IMG/VR virus record: IMGVR_UViG_3300028833_000066
Direction: 5' to 3' (one strand)
Length of the DNA stretch: 64,000 nucleotides
Source of the DNA: a virus
Taxonomy: Duplodnaviria > Caudoviricetes
Position numbers and translations under genes: made by a program
In this document: positions 1-9,059 of the stretch, piece after piece
Layout of the letters: every line of letters starts with the position of its first letter
How positions within the stretch are numbered: position 1 is the stretch's first letter
Notes under the pieces: generated by a model
What the model was told of the DNA's origin: nothing
Databases searched by the model: none
What the model saw: the letters and a program-made list of their open reading frames with translations, nothing else

Positions 1-2
1 TA

Positions 3-581
3 GCTATTGCGAAAGCCAATGGCTTCAACGCAATTGAGCTACATTCGCTTAACAATAGAGATAAGCCAATGACAGACGAATAGATGCGGGTATATAACAC
101 TATCGTCACTACGGGGATGGTGCCTTTGGAATACAATTTTATTGTCGTTAATAAAGCTATGGAACGCGGCATAACTATAATAGATAAACGCTTTGATAAT
201 GTAATCATTGATAGCTATGACGCGGCTGAACGTGAACAAGCAGCTCGTTAGACTTTTACTTATTAGCGGCATTTAAAAGCTTTTGCTCCTGAGGTCCCGT
301 CAGAATTTCTTGGCGTGTGGCTACCTGTAGATAAGTGTAGAGAATTAGCTGAGTATATGGCGGTGCCTGAATTAGATAAGACTAATAAAAACAGCAATCG
401 TATCATGACTTGGAATAAGTTAAAAGATTGTCTGCCTATGATTGGCTATACGGTTGAAGGTAAGCGAAAAAGTTTAAATGGTAAGGTATAGCAATGCTAT
501 TTTATAACTGGTGAATGGCATGATGTTGAATTAAAAGATAATAATTTCCTCGCACTTGTAGATGCATAGATGAATAAATAA
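3..581 (+). CDS. C-terminal part of a probable SF2 helicase-like protein (TAG=Gln, 5' truncated by the window edge)
   Basis: Frame 3 is open to TAA at 579-581 if TAGs at 81, 249, 264, 489 and 567 are read through. NKAMERGITI resembles helicase motif V. Confidence 0.5.
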
Positions 582-582
582 A

Positions 583-641
583 AAGTATAGATTTTTGATT
601 TTTTAAGGAGGTAGTCAAAAATCTATACTTCTTTTTTTTAA
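583..641 (+). terminator. Intrinsic terminator
   Basis: AAGTATAGATTTTTGA ... TCAAAAATCTATACTT inverted repeat followed by a T-run. Confidence 0.75.
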
Positions 642-710
642 AAAAAATACTTTCCCATTATATTATAAAATAAATTTAATTATTTGTCAATAATTAAATA
701 AATGGAAAAA

Positions 711-815
711 TTTTCCAGCTTCTCCACCTTTGCATCCCAGCTCCTCCACGTTGGTAAAATTTTCCAGCTCCACCCAGCTCCCATAAGCCCAGCTCCCAGC
801 TTCTGACCCAGCTCC
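711..815 (+). repeat. CCAGCT/TTCCAG short-repeat cluster at the left border of the early block
   Basis: About 8 copies of CCAGCT within about 100 bp. Confidence 0.85.
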
Positions 816-954
816 TGCGGGCTGGCTCCGCCTGGAAAATTTTTATAAATTTGTAAAAATTTGGCTGCCGGCAAATATTTGACTTGTGTCAAACACTTGA
901 CAAAAATAGTTAGTTAGTCATAACTAACTCCTAAAAAATTTTTTTATTTGGGGC

Positions 955-983
955 TTGACAACTTGACACGAATGTGATATAAT
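955..983 (+). promoter_or_regulatory. Consensus sigma-A promoter with no downstream gene
   Basis: TTGACA(955)-17 bp-TATAAT(978). It points into a convergent terminator and minus-strand genes. Confidence 0.75.
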
Positions 984-1076
984 GGTAGAGGTGGGAGAGT
1001 ATCTGGCGGCGCCGGCAGAATTTTGTGCCGGCATGATTTTTATGTCGGCAAAGAAAAAAAGGGTAGTTTCCTACCC

Positions 1077-1316
1077 TTATTCGCGATAGTCATCATAGAT
1101 TTCAATACTGTAAGGAATAGCCACAACTTCATGTGCGTCTACATCATGAGCACAACATCCTTGAGTAATTTCAATGTCTTCATTGAAAGCAAAGTTTCTT
1201 CCAATAATCAAGGGATGCTTTTGCTTGTGCATAAAATTTACCAATTCTTCAACGGTAGAGAAATTCTTTATTCCCATGTAGTAATCAGAAGAGGTGCGAG
1301 TGAGAACAAATTTCAT
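1077..1316 (-). CDS. Hypothetical early protein
   Basis: Own TTGACA/TATAAT promoter (about 1390), GAAAGGA RBS, terminator right after the stop. Confidence 0.8.
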   Translation of the reverse strand: MKFVLTRTSSDYYMGIKNFSTVEELVNFMHKQKHPLIIGRNFAFNEDIEITQGCCAHDVDAHEVVAIPYSIEIYDDYRE

Positions 1317-1478
1317 AATGAATCCTTTCTGGTTTTAAGGACTGTCCTTGTCCTCTTTCATCTTTTATTATATTCATTTTATTTTATTTGTCAATACCTT
1401 TTTGAAAAAATTTTATGCCGGCACGAAAAAAGGGTAGTTTCCTACCCTTATGGTTCAACTTCAATATCATAGGCACTA

Positions 1479-1733
1479 TTAACAAATCTCTTTTTCATTT
1501 TTATACCATTTGTTTGTATCTGCGTAAGAAGGAAGTTTGTCAATATGGGTTATACGATTACAGGCGAGAGGAGGACATTCCATCATTTCATGAGCACGCC
1601 ATTCTGTGATTCGTGTGCCTTGAATGATAGGAGTATCATTTTTGAAATAGATAGTACCTACGCCTGTAACGGTTACGCGAACATAAGAGGGATGTTTTTC
1701 GTAGGCTTCAATTTGCTTGCGGATTTTATTCAT
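1479..1733 (-). CDS. Hypothetical early protein
   Basis: Promoter at about 1805, AAAGGAG RBS. Confidence 0.7.
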   Translation of the reverse strand: MNKIRKQIEAYEKHPSYVRVTVTGVGTIYFKNDTPIIQGTRITEWRAHEMMECPPLACNRITHIDKLPSYADTNKWYKNEKEIC

Positions 1734-1857
1734 ATGATTGCTCCTTTCGGTTTGTGAGGTTTCCTTCCTCTTTCATCTTCTATTATACTCACTTTATTTT
1801 ATTTGTCAATACCTTTTTTGAAATTTTTGCCGGCGTAAAAAGGGCAGTTTTCTACCC

Positions 1858-2010
1858 TTACAGAATCACCATTTCACCATTCTGGTCTTTAACGCACTGG
1901 ATAAAGGCACCCGCCATGATGAGTTCATTCTGACGCTTGCGTGCTTCTTCAATGGTTGCGGCACGAGCAAAGTCCATGCGGTTATTGAGAATATAATAGA
2001 TTGTGTACAT
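1858..2010 (-). CDS. Small hypothetical protein (50 aa, MYTIYYILNNRMDF...)
   Basis: AAAGGAGA RBS; stop abuts the GGGTAG-CTGCCC terminator. Below the ORF-track size cutoff. Confidence 0.7.
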   Translation of the reverse strand: MYTIYYILNNRMDFARAATIEEARKRQNELIMAGAFIQCVKDQNGEMVIL

Positions 2011-2037
2011 TTTTTATTTCTCCTTTCTAACAACTGA

Positions 2038-2247
2038 TTAGAAACCTAAGATAAATGAAAGTTTTAAGGGAAAAGAAGTATTACAATCTGGACACTTGAT
2101 ATAATAATCAATATGATTGCGTGTATCTTTTTTCCAATGAATTTGCGGATCATCTGCGGTAAATTCAAAGACACACCCACACGCACATTTGATTGTGCAA
2201 ATTTTGACAAGATTATTTTGTTTTTTACCATGCTGAAGGATTTTCAT
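2038..2247 (-). CDS. Zn-ribbon protein
   Basis: CACGC...CPDC; AAAGGAGA RBS. Confidence 0.75.
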   Translation of the reverse strand: MKILQHGKKQNNLVKICTIKCACGCVFEFTADDPQIHWKKDTRNHIDYYIKCPDCNTSFPLKLSFILGF

Positions 2248-2270
2248 TTTATTTCTCCTTTCTGATTAGG

Positions 2271-2489
2271 TTAATCGCCAACGATTGCTTCTGTCAAATC
2301 CATCCAATCATCATAACGTTCAAGAATCTTAACGTCTGTGGGTTCAAATACGCCTCCGCAACAACCACAAATTACGTTCGTGATAGTTTCACCATCGCCA
2401 CCAATGATAGCAATGCCACCGAAGATGTTGGTTTCACCTTCATTGATGAAGTCAGGATTGATGACTTCAAATTTTACTTGCTGATACAT
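2271..2489 (-). CDS. Small acidic Cys-containing protein
   Basis: ICGCCGGVFE; RBS and promoter (about 2563). Confidence 0.75.
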   Translation of the reverse strand: MYQQVKFEVINPDFINEGETNIFGGIAIIGGDGETITNVICGCCGGVFEPTDVKILERYDDWMDLTEAIVGD

Positions 2490-2622
2490 ATGTACATTCC
2501 TTTCTGGTTTAGAGTTTTCCTTCTCTTGATTACAATTAGATTATACCATAAATTTTAAGAATGTCAAGTGTTTTTTTGAAAAATGTGCCGGCCAAAGAGT
2601 TAGATAAATCTAACTCTTTTTA

Positions 2623-2904
2623 TTATAGCAATGCGGCAATAGCATTATCTACCGCTTCTTTATATCTTTCACCCAGACGAGCCGCTACAGCCTTGATAAG
2701 TTTGAGCGAAGTTGCGGGGTCGCTGAGAAAAGTTTCAATGGCATAGTCATCGCTATAATATACATGAAGATCTTCATGAAGATTACGCAAGAATTTACTG
2801 TCCCACGGGTTATAAATATCATTCTGTTCAAGCAAGTTCTCAACAATAGTGTCAATGTCGTCAGGCGTGATGGTCAGGGTGACAGTCTTGGTGATATTTT
2901 CCAT
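2623..2904 (-). CDS. Hypothetical early protein
   Basis: Promoter at about 2978, GAAAGGA RBS. Confidence 0.75.
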   Translation of the reverse strand: MENITKTVTLTITPDDIDTIVENLLEQNDIYNPWDSKFLRNLHEDLHVYYSDDYAIETFLSDPATSLKLIKAVAARLGERYKEAVDNAIAALL

Positions 2905-3077
2905 TGTTTTGTCCTTTCTGGTGTTAAGGATTTTCCTTTCCTTTTTACAAGTAAATTATACCACAGATTAGAAAAAAGTCAAGAGTTTTTTGAGTTAGCG
3001 GCAACTAAATTTTATGCCGGCCAAGTTAGTCATAACTAACTTGCGGCAAAAAGAAAAGAGGGCCGAAGCCCTCTGCC

Positions 3078-3413
3078 TCACGCGAGGCGGTAGGTGTTGG
3101 GCTTGCCCTCAATCTTGACGATGCGATCAGCCCAGTTGTGGGTCAGACCGTACTGGATCTTACCCTTGGTGAAACCCTCAGGCAGATTAGCCTCAACCTG
3201 CTCGAAGATCTCCGCCACGGTCAGCGGGGCAGTCGTGAGGGCGAAGACACCGCGGACGATGTCCCACGCGGTCTCATAGCCCGCGTCCTTCTCGGCCTTG
3301 GCGACTGCACCCTTATTCAGTTCGGCTTCGAGTTCGGTCTTGATTTCGTCAATATTGGTCACGGTCTCACCATTGAGGAAGGAAACGAGAGACTTGATGG
3401 TGGCAATACGCAT
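3078..3413 (-). CDS. Winged-helix-like protein, family A (copy 1 of 4)
   Basis: LTVAEIFE...FTKGKIQYGLTHNW...KIEGKPNTYR, shared with 7520, 10609 and 12895. Confidence 0.75.
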   Translation of the reverse strand: MRIATIKSLVSFLNGETVTNIDEIKTELEAELNKGAVAKAEKDAGYETAWDIVRGVFALTTAPLTVAEIFEQVEANLPEGFTKGKIQYGLTHNWADRIVKIEGKPNTYRLA

Positions 3414-3631
3414 AGTAGATACCCTTTCTGGTTTTTGAGACTGTCCTTGTCTTTTCATTTATATTCTACCACATTTCGTGGAGAATGTCAAGCATTTTTT
3501 AGGAAGTTGCGGAAGGTTTAACAGTCCCAATTACGCATTACCGCCCAACTAATGCCACCGCTTACATCCTTATTATAGCACAGGATTTGCTGTTTGTCAA
3601 GGGCTTTTTGAAGATTTTTTGTTTCAAGGTT

Positions 3632-3692
3632 TGCTACTTGTGGGCTCGAACTACTCTTACGCCATTTCCAATTACCAACCGAAGGAGTAGCA
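3632..3692 (-). ncRNA. Degenerate tRNA-like element in a non-coding transcript
   Basis: Acceptor-like TGCTACT/AGTAGCA stem and GTAG-TTCGAGC-CCAC T-arm, downstream of a promoter at about 3804. Confidence 0.4.
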
Positions 3693-3883
3693 GAGAGAGG
3701 AGAACCAAGTTGAACGGTATTGTAGGTTTGACTGGGCGTCACCATCACCAGATGGAGCACTCTCTCCCTTGGAACAATTATATTATATCATAATTTGCCA
3801 GAAAGTCAATTACAAAAGTGTTAAGATTTTATTACAATTATATTAACAGGCCGGCTCAGTTAGATACAACTAACATAAGAGCA

Positions 3884-3991
3884 AAGAGAAGGGGAGGAAT
3901 CGAACCTCCCTTGGTTTACCACAACCTACGGCGAATCGAACGCCCTACGACACCTTTCGGGTATCTGCTGTTACCAGTGAGCCACTTCTCT
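3884..3991 (-). ncRNA. tRNA-like RNA (GAA anticodon-like loop) with an extra T-loop and D-loop-like hairpin pair
   Basis: AGAGAAG/CTTCTCT acceptor, U8, GCT-CACTGGTAAC-AGC D-arm, GATAC-CCGAAAG-GTGTC arm, extra GGCG-TTCGATT-CGCC and GGTT-GTGGTA-AACC hairpins, GGGAGG-TTCGATT-CCTCCC T-arm. No encoded CCA. Confidence 0.65.
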
Positions 3992-4238
3992 TTTAATTGT
4001 GAAGAATTTTGGCTGTCCCTCGGGTGCCTTGTATCATTCTTCACAGTTCCGTATAGGGACTTGCAAGTGAGGTTGTCTGTGAGGATGCCTTACCCCGAAT
4101 GACTTATCAGGGGCCTCGTTCCGTTTTCCTCTCCCCTTGGAACAATTACATTATACCGCAATTTTGAGAATTGTCAAGTGGTTTTGAAAAAAAAGATTGC
4201 TAAGTTTTTAACAACCCGTGACCGGCAAAAAAGTTAGA

Positions 4239-4454
4239 TTACTCTAACTCTTCTTCTTCCTCTTTATAATATTTTTGATTGTCCTCAAAGCACTCTTTTG
4301 CGAAAAAGCAAATACCATGATGGTTGAGATAACAATGGGCACAATGATGATTATTTTGGATACATTTAGCAAGGTATTCATTTAATACTTTTATTGTTAA
4401 TTCCTCTTTATATATGGCTTCGATTTGTCGCTGTAACTGTTTTTCATTCATCAT
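4239..4454 (-). CDS. Cys/His-rich small protein
   Basis: CIQNNHHCAHCYLNHHGIC; overlaps the upstream gene. The track's longer start is a shadow extension. Confidence 0.65.
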   Translation of the reverse strand: MMNEKQLQRQIEAIYKEELTIKVLNEYLAKCIQNNHHCAHCYLNHHGICFFAKECFEDNQKYYKEEEEELE

Positions 4455-4728
4455 CACTATTATCCTCCATCGTATCTTCATATCCGTATACATCGCCTGC
4501 CCACCGAATTTCATCTTCTGCAAAATCCGTAGGGGCATCGGGGTCAACATCATCTGCGGCGAGCCAATCTTCCCAACTCTCCCAGAATGCACCCCAGTCA
4601 TCGCAATCTTCCATCGGGTCATCAATGTGACAAATACCCATCTGGTCGCAGTAGGGGCAATCGCCATAGGCATTCACGGGGCAGTAGGTATAGTCGCCAT
4701 TGTAGGTTCCCTTTTTCACATCACGCAT
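4444..4728 (-). CDS. Highly acidic Cys-rich protein (DNA-mimic candidate)
   Basis: CPVNAYGDCPYC motif followed by a D/E- and W-rich tail; GGAGG RBS. Confidence 0.75.
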   Translation of the reverse strand: MRDVKKGTYNGDYTYCPVNAYGDCPYCDQMGICHIDDPMEDCDDWGAFWESWEDWLAADDVDPDAPTDFAEDEIRWAGDVYGYEDTMEDNSDDE

Positions 4729-4903
4729 TTTTCTTTTCCTCCATTTTCATTTTATGATTTCTCCAAATTTTAGCATAGAAGACTACTTTTTCAGGATATT
4801 GTATTTTTGAAAAACCTTCACAAACCTGATAGAAAGTATCAACATAGATAGCATGGCAATGCTTACAGAGAAACTTGATGATCGTATTTATAATGGTGGT
4901 CAT
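4721..4903 (-). CDS. Hypothetical protein
   Basis: AAGGAGG RBS; translationally coupled to its neighbours. Confidence 0.6.
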   Translation of the reverse strand: MTTIINTIIKFLCKHCHAIYVDTFYQVCEGFSKIQYPEKVVFYAKIWRNHKMKMEEKKNA

Positions 4904-5094
4904 TGTTCTTCCTCCTTTACGCTCTCATTATAGCATTGTTTATACCATTTGTCAAGAGTTTTTCTTGCGGTTTTACGAAGTTTTTTCTTTAAGCGACGAC
5001 GTGCGGGAGTGCTTTGATCTATCCATTGACGACACCCTGTATTCAAATCCCAAGCTGCAAGTTCATCATGATATTTATGCTCGTTCTTACGCAT
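4900..5094 (-). CDS. Small basic protein
   Basis: RRRLKKKLRK; AAGGAGG RBS; carries an internal promoter at about 4930-4955. Confidence 0.65.
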   Translation of the reverse strand: MRKNEHKYHDELAAWDLNTGCRQWIDQSTPARRRLKKKLRKTARKTLDKWYKQCYNESVKEEEQ

Positions 5095-5168
5095 TTATTA
5101 TCCCTCCTTACATGCCTATTATAGCATACATAGGAAAGTTAGTCAAGCCTAATTTTTTCGCCGGCACC

Positions 5169-5444
5169 TTAACGGCTATAATTAAGGATGTCACGACCTT
5201 CCTTAAAGTCATAGATAGAAATCATAGTGCAGTCTTTGTCATATAGATAGATAGCGGCGGCTTGAAGTAAAGCAATAATATCGTCACCGCATTCACTCTT
5301 ACCGTTCTGGCCGTATACCGTAATCATTTGATACCGATGCTTCTTATCACGAAGCTGCTGACGCAAAGAATCATTTTCAAGACGTAACTGGTCAAGTTCC
5401 TCTTCCAATTCGCTAATACGCAGGCTCATTTCAAATTCATCCAT
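5169..5444 (-). CDS. Hypothetical protein with N-terminal coiled coil
   Basis: Promoter at about 5504, AAGGAGG RBS. Confidence 0.75.
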   Translation of the reverse strand: MDEFEMSLRISELEEELDQLRLENDSLRQQLRDKKHRYQMITVYGQNGKSECGDDIIALLQAAAIYLYDKDCTMISIYDFKEGRDILNYSR

Positions 5445-5542
5445 CGTGATTCCTCCTTAGTTATTTCTTCTTACAGTTTGATTATATCATAAAGTAGACA
5501 GTTAGTCAAGACTAATTTTCTTGCCGGCGGCAAATGGGAACA

Positions 5543-5746
5543 TTAGTTCCCATTCGCACGACTGACAGAAAGGTCTACCAGTTCATAAGAACGCTCAATA
5601 TCAAACCGACAGCCGCATTTATCACAACGACATGACCACCACTGTGCGGCACCATCCAGTCCGCTAAAATCATCACCGTAATCTTCAATGGTATAATCTT
5701 CCGAACCACACACGGGGCAAGCCTCTTTGTCAAAATTTTTACGCAT
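5543..5746 (-). CDS. Zn-ribbon protein
   Basis: CPVCG...CRCDKCGC. Likely start MRKNF overlaps the end of the upstream gene. Confidence 0.75.
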   Translation of the reverse strand: MRKNFDKEACPVCGSEDYTIEDYGDDFSGLDGAAQWWSCRCDKCGCRFDIERSYELVDLSVSRANGN

Positions 5747-6131
5747 TTTCCTGTGCCTCCTTTTCCTTTTCCTTGGCTTCACGCTTAGCCTTGTCGCGGG
5801 CGATCTTCTCTTCCTTTGCCTTGACCTTTTCGGCTTTCTCAGCCTGCTTGGTGTTGTAAGCATTGATTTCGTTCTGCATCAGTTCGCGGGCAGTCATGTC
5901 TTCGCGTTCCTCTGCTACGATGACGCCTACGCGGCAATAGCGTTCGACGCCATTTTTATCGGTCAGAATGCAACCCCACTGTCTATCATTGATTCTGCGA
6001 TACTCTGCATTATCTGTCCAAAAGGCATTGGGTTTAACACCATTAACAGAAGCAGAGTCCAGGTCAAAAATTTCAGTGAAGATACGGTCACGGAGGTCAG
6101 CATCAACAACAGTCTTCGCAATCTTCGCCAT
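5739..6131 (-). CDS. Family B protein with K/E/A-rich tail (paralogue of 12245)
   Basis: KT...LR...F start and EKAEK.K..EEK tail are shared with 12245. Confidence 0.75.
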   Translation of the reverse strand: MAKIAKTVVDADLRDRIFTEIFDLDSASVNGVKPNAFWTDNAEYRRINDRQWGCILTDKNGVERYCRVGVIVAEEREDMTARELMQNEINAYNTKQAEKAEKVKAKEEKIARDKAKREAKEKEKEAQENA

Positions 6132-6435
6132 AGAGATTCTCCTTTCGGTTTGTAGGGTGTCCTTCCCTTGATTACAGTTAGATTATATCACACATTTTGA
6201 TTATTGTCAAGAGATTTTTCAGAAGTTTCTGAAAATTTTTGTGTCCTCTCCGCATAAGCCAACCCTCTGGGGTGCTTATGCACGTGCGTTTCTTTACCGC
6301 CCCACCGAAGATTTCTTCGGGATGGTCGTCACATCCTCTTGACATTATTGATTATACCTGATGCCAAGACTTTTGTCAAGTAGTTTGTGCGATTTTCTTT
6401 TGTTAAGTTTTTCACAAGCGGGGCCGGCATAATAG

Positions 6436-6888
6436 TTAGTTATGACTAAACAACTGTGCTTCAAAGTCACGGGCAAGTTTGCGGTGTTCATAGGTGGCAA
6501 GCCAATTAATAGCCCATTCAGTGGCTATATATTCAGAAGGAATGTCAAAGTATACACTGAAAGCCGCGTCACGCTTAATCTCGTCATCCTCAATCCAATC
6601 AATTTCTTTGCGGGTTGCCCAATGTCCTAACTCGTGGAGGATAGCAAGAGTAATGTCAGAGAAATTATTTGCGAGAGGACAACGATTGACAAAATCTTCA
6701 CGAAATGCAACGTCCTCTTCTTCGGGTATGTAATTAATAACAGAGGGCACAAGCAAACGCGGGTTTGGCTTGTTATTAATATCCATTCCCCAATTATTGC
6801 TCATTCGCTTGCGTGCGATTGTTACGCGGTCGCCAATGGCCTTGCTTGCAAACTCGCGGATTAATTGAATCTGCATCATCTTTATCAC
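6436..6888 (-). CDS. Zincin-type metallopeptidase-like protein
   Basis: ILHELGH (HExxH) motif with a downstream Glu. Confidence 0.65.
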   Translation of the reverse strand: MIKMMQIQLIREFASKAIGDRVTIARKRMSNNWGMDINNKPNPRLLVPSVINYIPEEEDVAFREDFVNRCPLANNFSDITLAILHELGHWATRKEIDWIEDDEIKRDAAFSVYFDIPSEYIATEWAINWLATYEHRKLARDFEAQLFSHN

Positions 6889-6953
6889 TCCTTACACCCG
6901 TATTATATCACGCACAATAGAGTTAGTCAAGTATAACTTTGCCGGCGGCTGTC

Positions 6954-7205
6954 TCAACCCGCATAGAGTTGAGACAGAAAGTAGAGGTTGAGGACAATGC
7001 TGGAAAAATGAAGCAAGAAGTCATTTACATGGCGGTTCTGGTTAGTAAAGTCCTTAAAGATACCAATAAGAGCAATGCCAAGGCCGAACCAAGCAGAGCC
7101 GAAACCGCAAGTGATGATGAGAACAACATTGAGAACCATGCCCGCAGCACGCAAGTCCTGCCATTCAAGTTTATAAGGGGCATAAAGATTAAAGAACTTA
7201 CGCAT
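6954..7205 (-). CDS. Small membrane protein
   Basis: Hydrophobic segments; own promoter at about 7260. Confidence 0.7.
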   Translation of the reverse strand: MRKFFNLYAPYKLEWQDLRAAGMVLNVVLIITCGFGSAWFGLGIALIGIFKDFTNQNRHVNDFLLHFSSIVLNLYFLSQLYAG

Positions 7206-7519
7206 CTGGATTTCCCCTTCCCTTTTGTTCATCTATATTATATACTAATTTTTGATTTTTGTCAAGAGTCAATTTTGAAGTCCGCCACTCAATCGGGGCT
7301 ACCCGCTCATCCTCTTGCAGTGGGGTTCTCTTCCTCTTGACATCTTGATTATAGCATATAATGTGAGGTTAGTCAAGCCTAATTTTTATGCCGGCGACAG
7401 TTAGTTATGACTAAATAACTATTATGATAAAAAAAGAAAACCACCCCGAAGGGTGGCAAGGATGGGTTATTTCTCACCAATTACGCGACGCCAGAGATAG
7501 TGGCAACCTTGCGGGAGGC

Positions 7520-7852
7520 TTACGCCTTCCGATAGGCGTTGACCTTACCCTCAACCTTGACGACCTCGCCCGCCCACTGGTGGGTCAGAGCGTAGGACAG
7601 CTTGGACTTGGTGAAGTCCTCGGGAACCTCACCCTCGATGGCTTCCCACAGTTCAGCCACAGTCAGCGGAGCCTCAGTCAGCCCAAACTGAGCGAACACG
7701 ATGGGCTTAGCGGCTTCGTAGATTGCGGCCTTAGCAACCTTTACCGCATCGCCGCGATGAATTTCGCGGTTCAGTTCGTCCATAACCTCGGCGTTGTCGT
7801 AGTTGTAGTTGGTCAGAGCAGTGTAGATGGCATTCAGAGTAGCATTCTTCAT
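7520..7852 (-). CDS. Winged-helix-like protein, family A (copy 2)
   Basis: PLTVAELWE...FTKSKLSYALTHQW...VEGKVNAYR. Confidence 0.8.
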   Translation of the reverse strand: MKNATLNAIYTALTNYNYDNAEVMDELNREIHRGDAVKVAKAAIYEAAKPIVFAQFGLTEAPLTVAELWEAIEGEVPEDFTKSKLSYALTHQWAGEVVKVEGKVNAYRKA

Positions 7853-8197
7853 AGGGCAATTTCCTTTCTGGTTTTTAAGTGTTTTCCTTCACTTGATGTC
7901 TTTATTATATCATGGATTTGGGAGTTTGTCAAGGGGTTTCGCAAACTTTTTTCGCCCATTATGTTTGCTGGTGGCCAAATGTTTCTGTTTCCATGCGTTT
8001 TGTCTCTGTTGACTTTCGGCAACCACCTTGACTTGTCAGTGTGACTCCCTCACCTGACAATATTAATTATACTCTAATTTTGATTTTTGTCAAGCATTTT
8101 TTGAAAATTTCTTTGATAAATTTTTGACAATTGATGGTTATGTAGTCATAACTAACCGCCGCGCCGGCACGAAAAAAGGGTAATTAGATACCCTTCT

Positions 8198-8338
8198 TTA
8201 CAGAATCCTACACCAGAAAGCCGCGAGAAGAAGCCCCAAAAAGTAGTGAAGAATTATAGGTTTATCATCTTTGCGGCAAGCATTAGCGGTATATACTATC
8301 CAGACAAGAGTAAGCACGATGGCAATTGCAATTTTCAT
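8198..8338 (-). CDS. Small two-TM membrane protein (MKIAIAIVLTLVW...)
   Basis: ATGA overlap with the upstream gene; AGGAG RBS. Confidence 0.6.
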   Translation of the reverse strand: MKIAIAIVLTLVWIVYTANACRKDDKPIILHYFLGLLLAAFWCRIL

Positions 8339-8769
8339 TTTATTACTCCTTTCAGTACGCGGATGATTTCGTTAGGGGTGAAAGCGCCATCGCCCCATGC
8401 CTTGCGGTTCGGTTCCTCATCATCGAATAGGATGCCACCACCGCAAGCGGTGCGCTTGTCAGTACCATAGCGGACAATCTTGATTTCGTCCCATTCCACA
8501 GAAGGCAGATGCTTATGAAGCCATACCATTTTAGCAAGGGCAATCTCGCCATTGTAGAGATCAGAGCCACCACGGGAAGTCCACGAGATGATACCGATTT
8601 CATAACCATTCGCCTGTACCCTGTGAAGAAGCCGAGCGAGATATGCCATATTCACAAGGGGCTTCGCGATGTCGTAGGGACGAGTATCTTCATTGATAAG
8701 ATTTTCAAGCCACCCTTCCACGCCGTAGAGGTCAGCAATCGTTCCGTCCATGTCGAACCAAATAGTCAT
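8335..8769 (-). CDS. HAD-family phosphatase, 5'(3')-deoxyribonucleotidase-like (paralogue of 16774)
   Basis: FDMDGTIAD motif I and ILFDD motif IV. Confidence 0.85.
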   Translation of the reverse strand: MTIWFDMDGTIADLYGVEGWLENLINEDTRPYDIAKPLVNMAYLARLLHRVQANGYEIGIISWTSRGGSDLYNGEIALAKMVWLHKHLPSVEWDEIKIVRYGTDKRTACGGGILFDDEEPNRKAWGDGAFTPNEIIRVLKGVIK

Positions 8770-8834
8770 TTCTGACACCTTCCTTTCTTGGTGTAATTAT
8801 ATTATACTCTATTTTTAGATTTTGTCAAGGGGTT

Positions 8835-8972
8835 TTAAGAAAGAATTTTGATTACGCATCTTTCTTCTTTCCGAACGTGGGCAATTTGATAAAGCCAAAT
8901 GCGAATAATTTGACTCAATTTCAGTTCGCGGATTGTCTGCTGTCCTTTGCAATTACGGAGATAAACTTTCAT
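8835..8972 (-). CDS. Small hypothetical protein (MKVYLRNCKG...)
   Basis: Promoter at about 9020, GGAAGG RBS. Confidence 0.5.
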   Translation of the reverse strand: MKVYLRNCKGQQTIRELKLSQIIRIWLYQIAHVRKEERCVIKILS

Positions 8973-9059
8973 TCTTGGCACCTTCCTTTCATCCTTATTA
9001 TATCATATTGGTAGTAGTTAGTCAAGCCTAACTTTTCTGCCGGCGCCGAGGCGGCAGGC

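Noticed and set aside
680-892. 70-aa ORF
   Set aside because: It is a translation of the CCAGCT repeat tract and has no RBS.
3884-3991. Amber suppressor or canonical tRNA-Phe
   Set aside because: The loop is CCGAAAG, not CTA. C33, the oversized variable region and the missing CCA argue against a standard tRNA.
6213-6240. CodY-box-like AAGTTTCTGAAAATT
   Set aside because: A single instance that cannot be told apart from the A/T-tract UP elements preceding most promoters.
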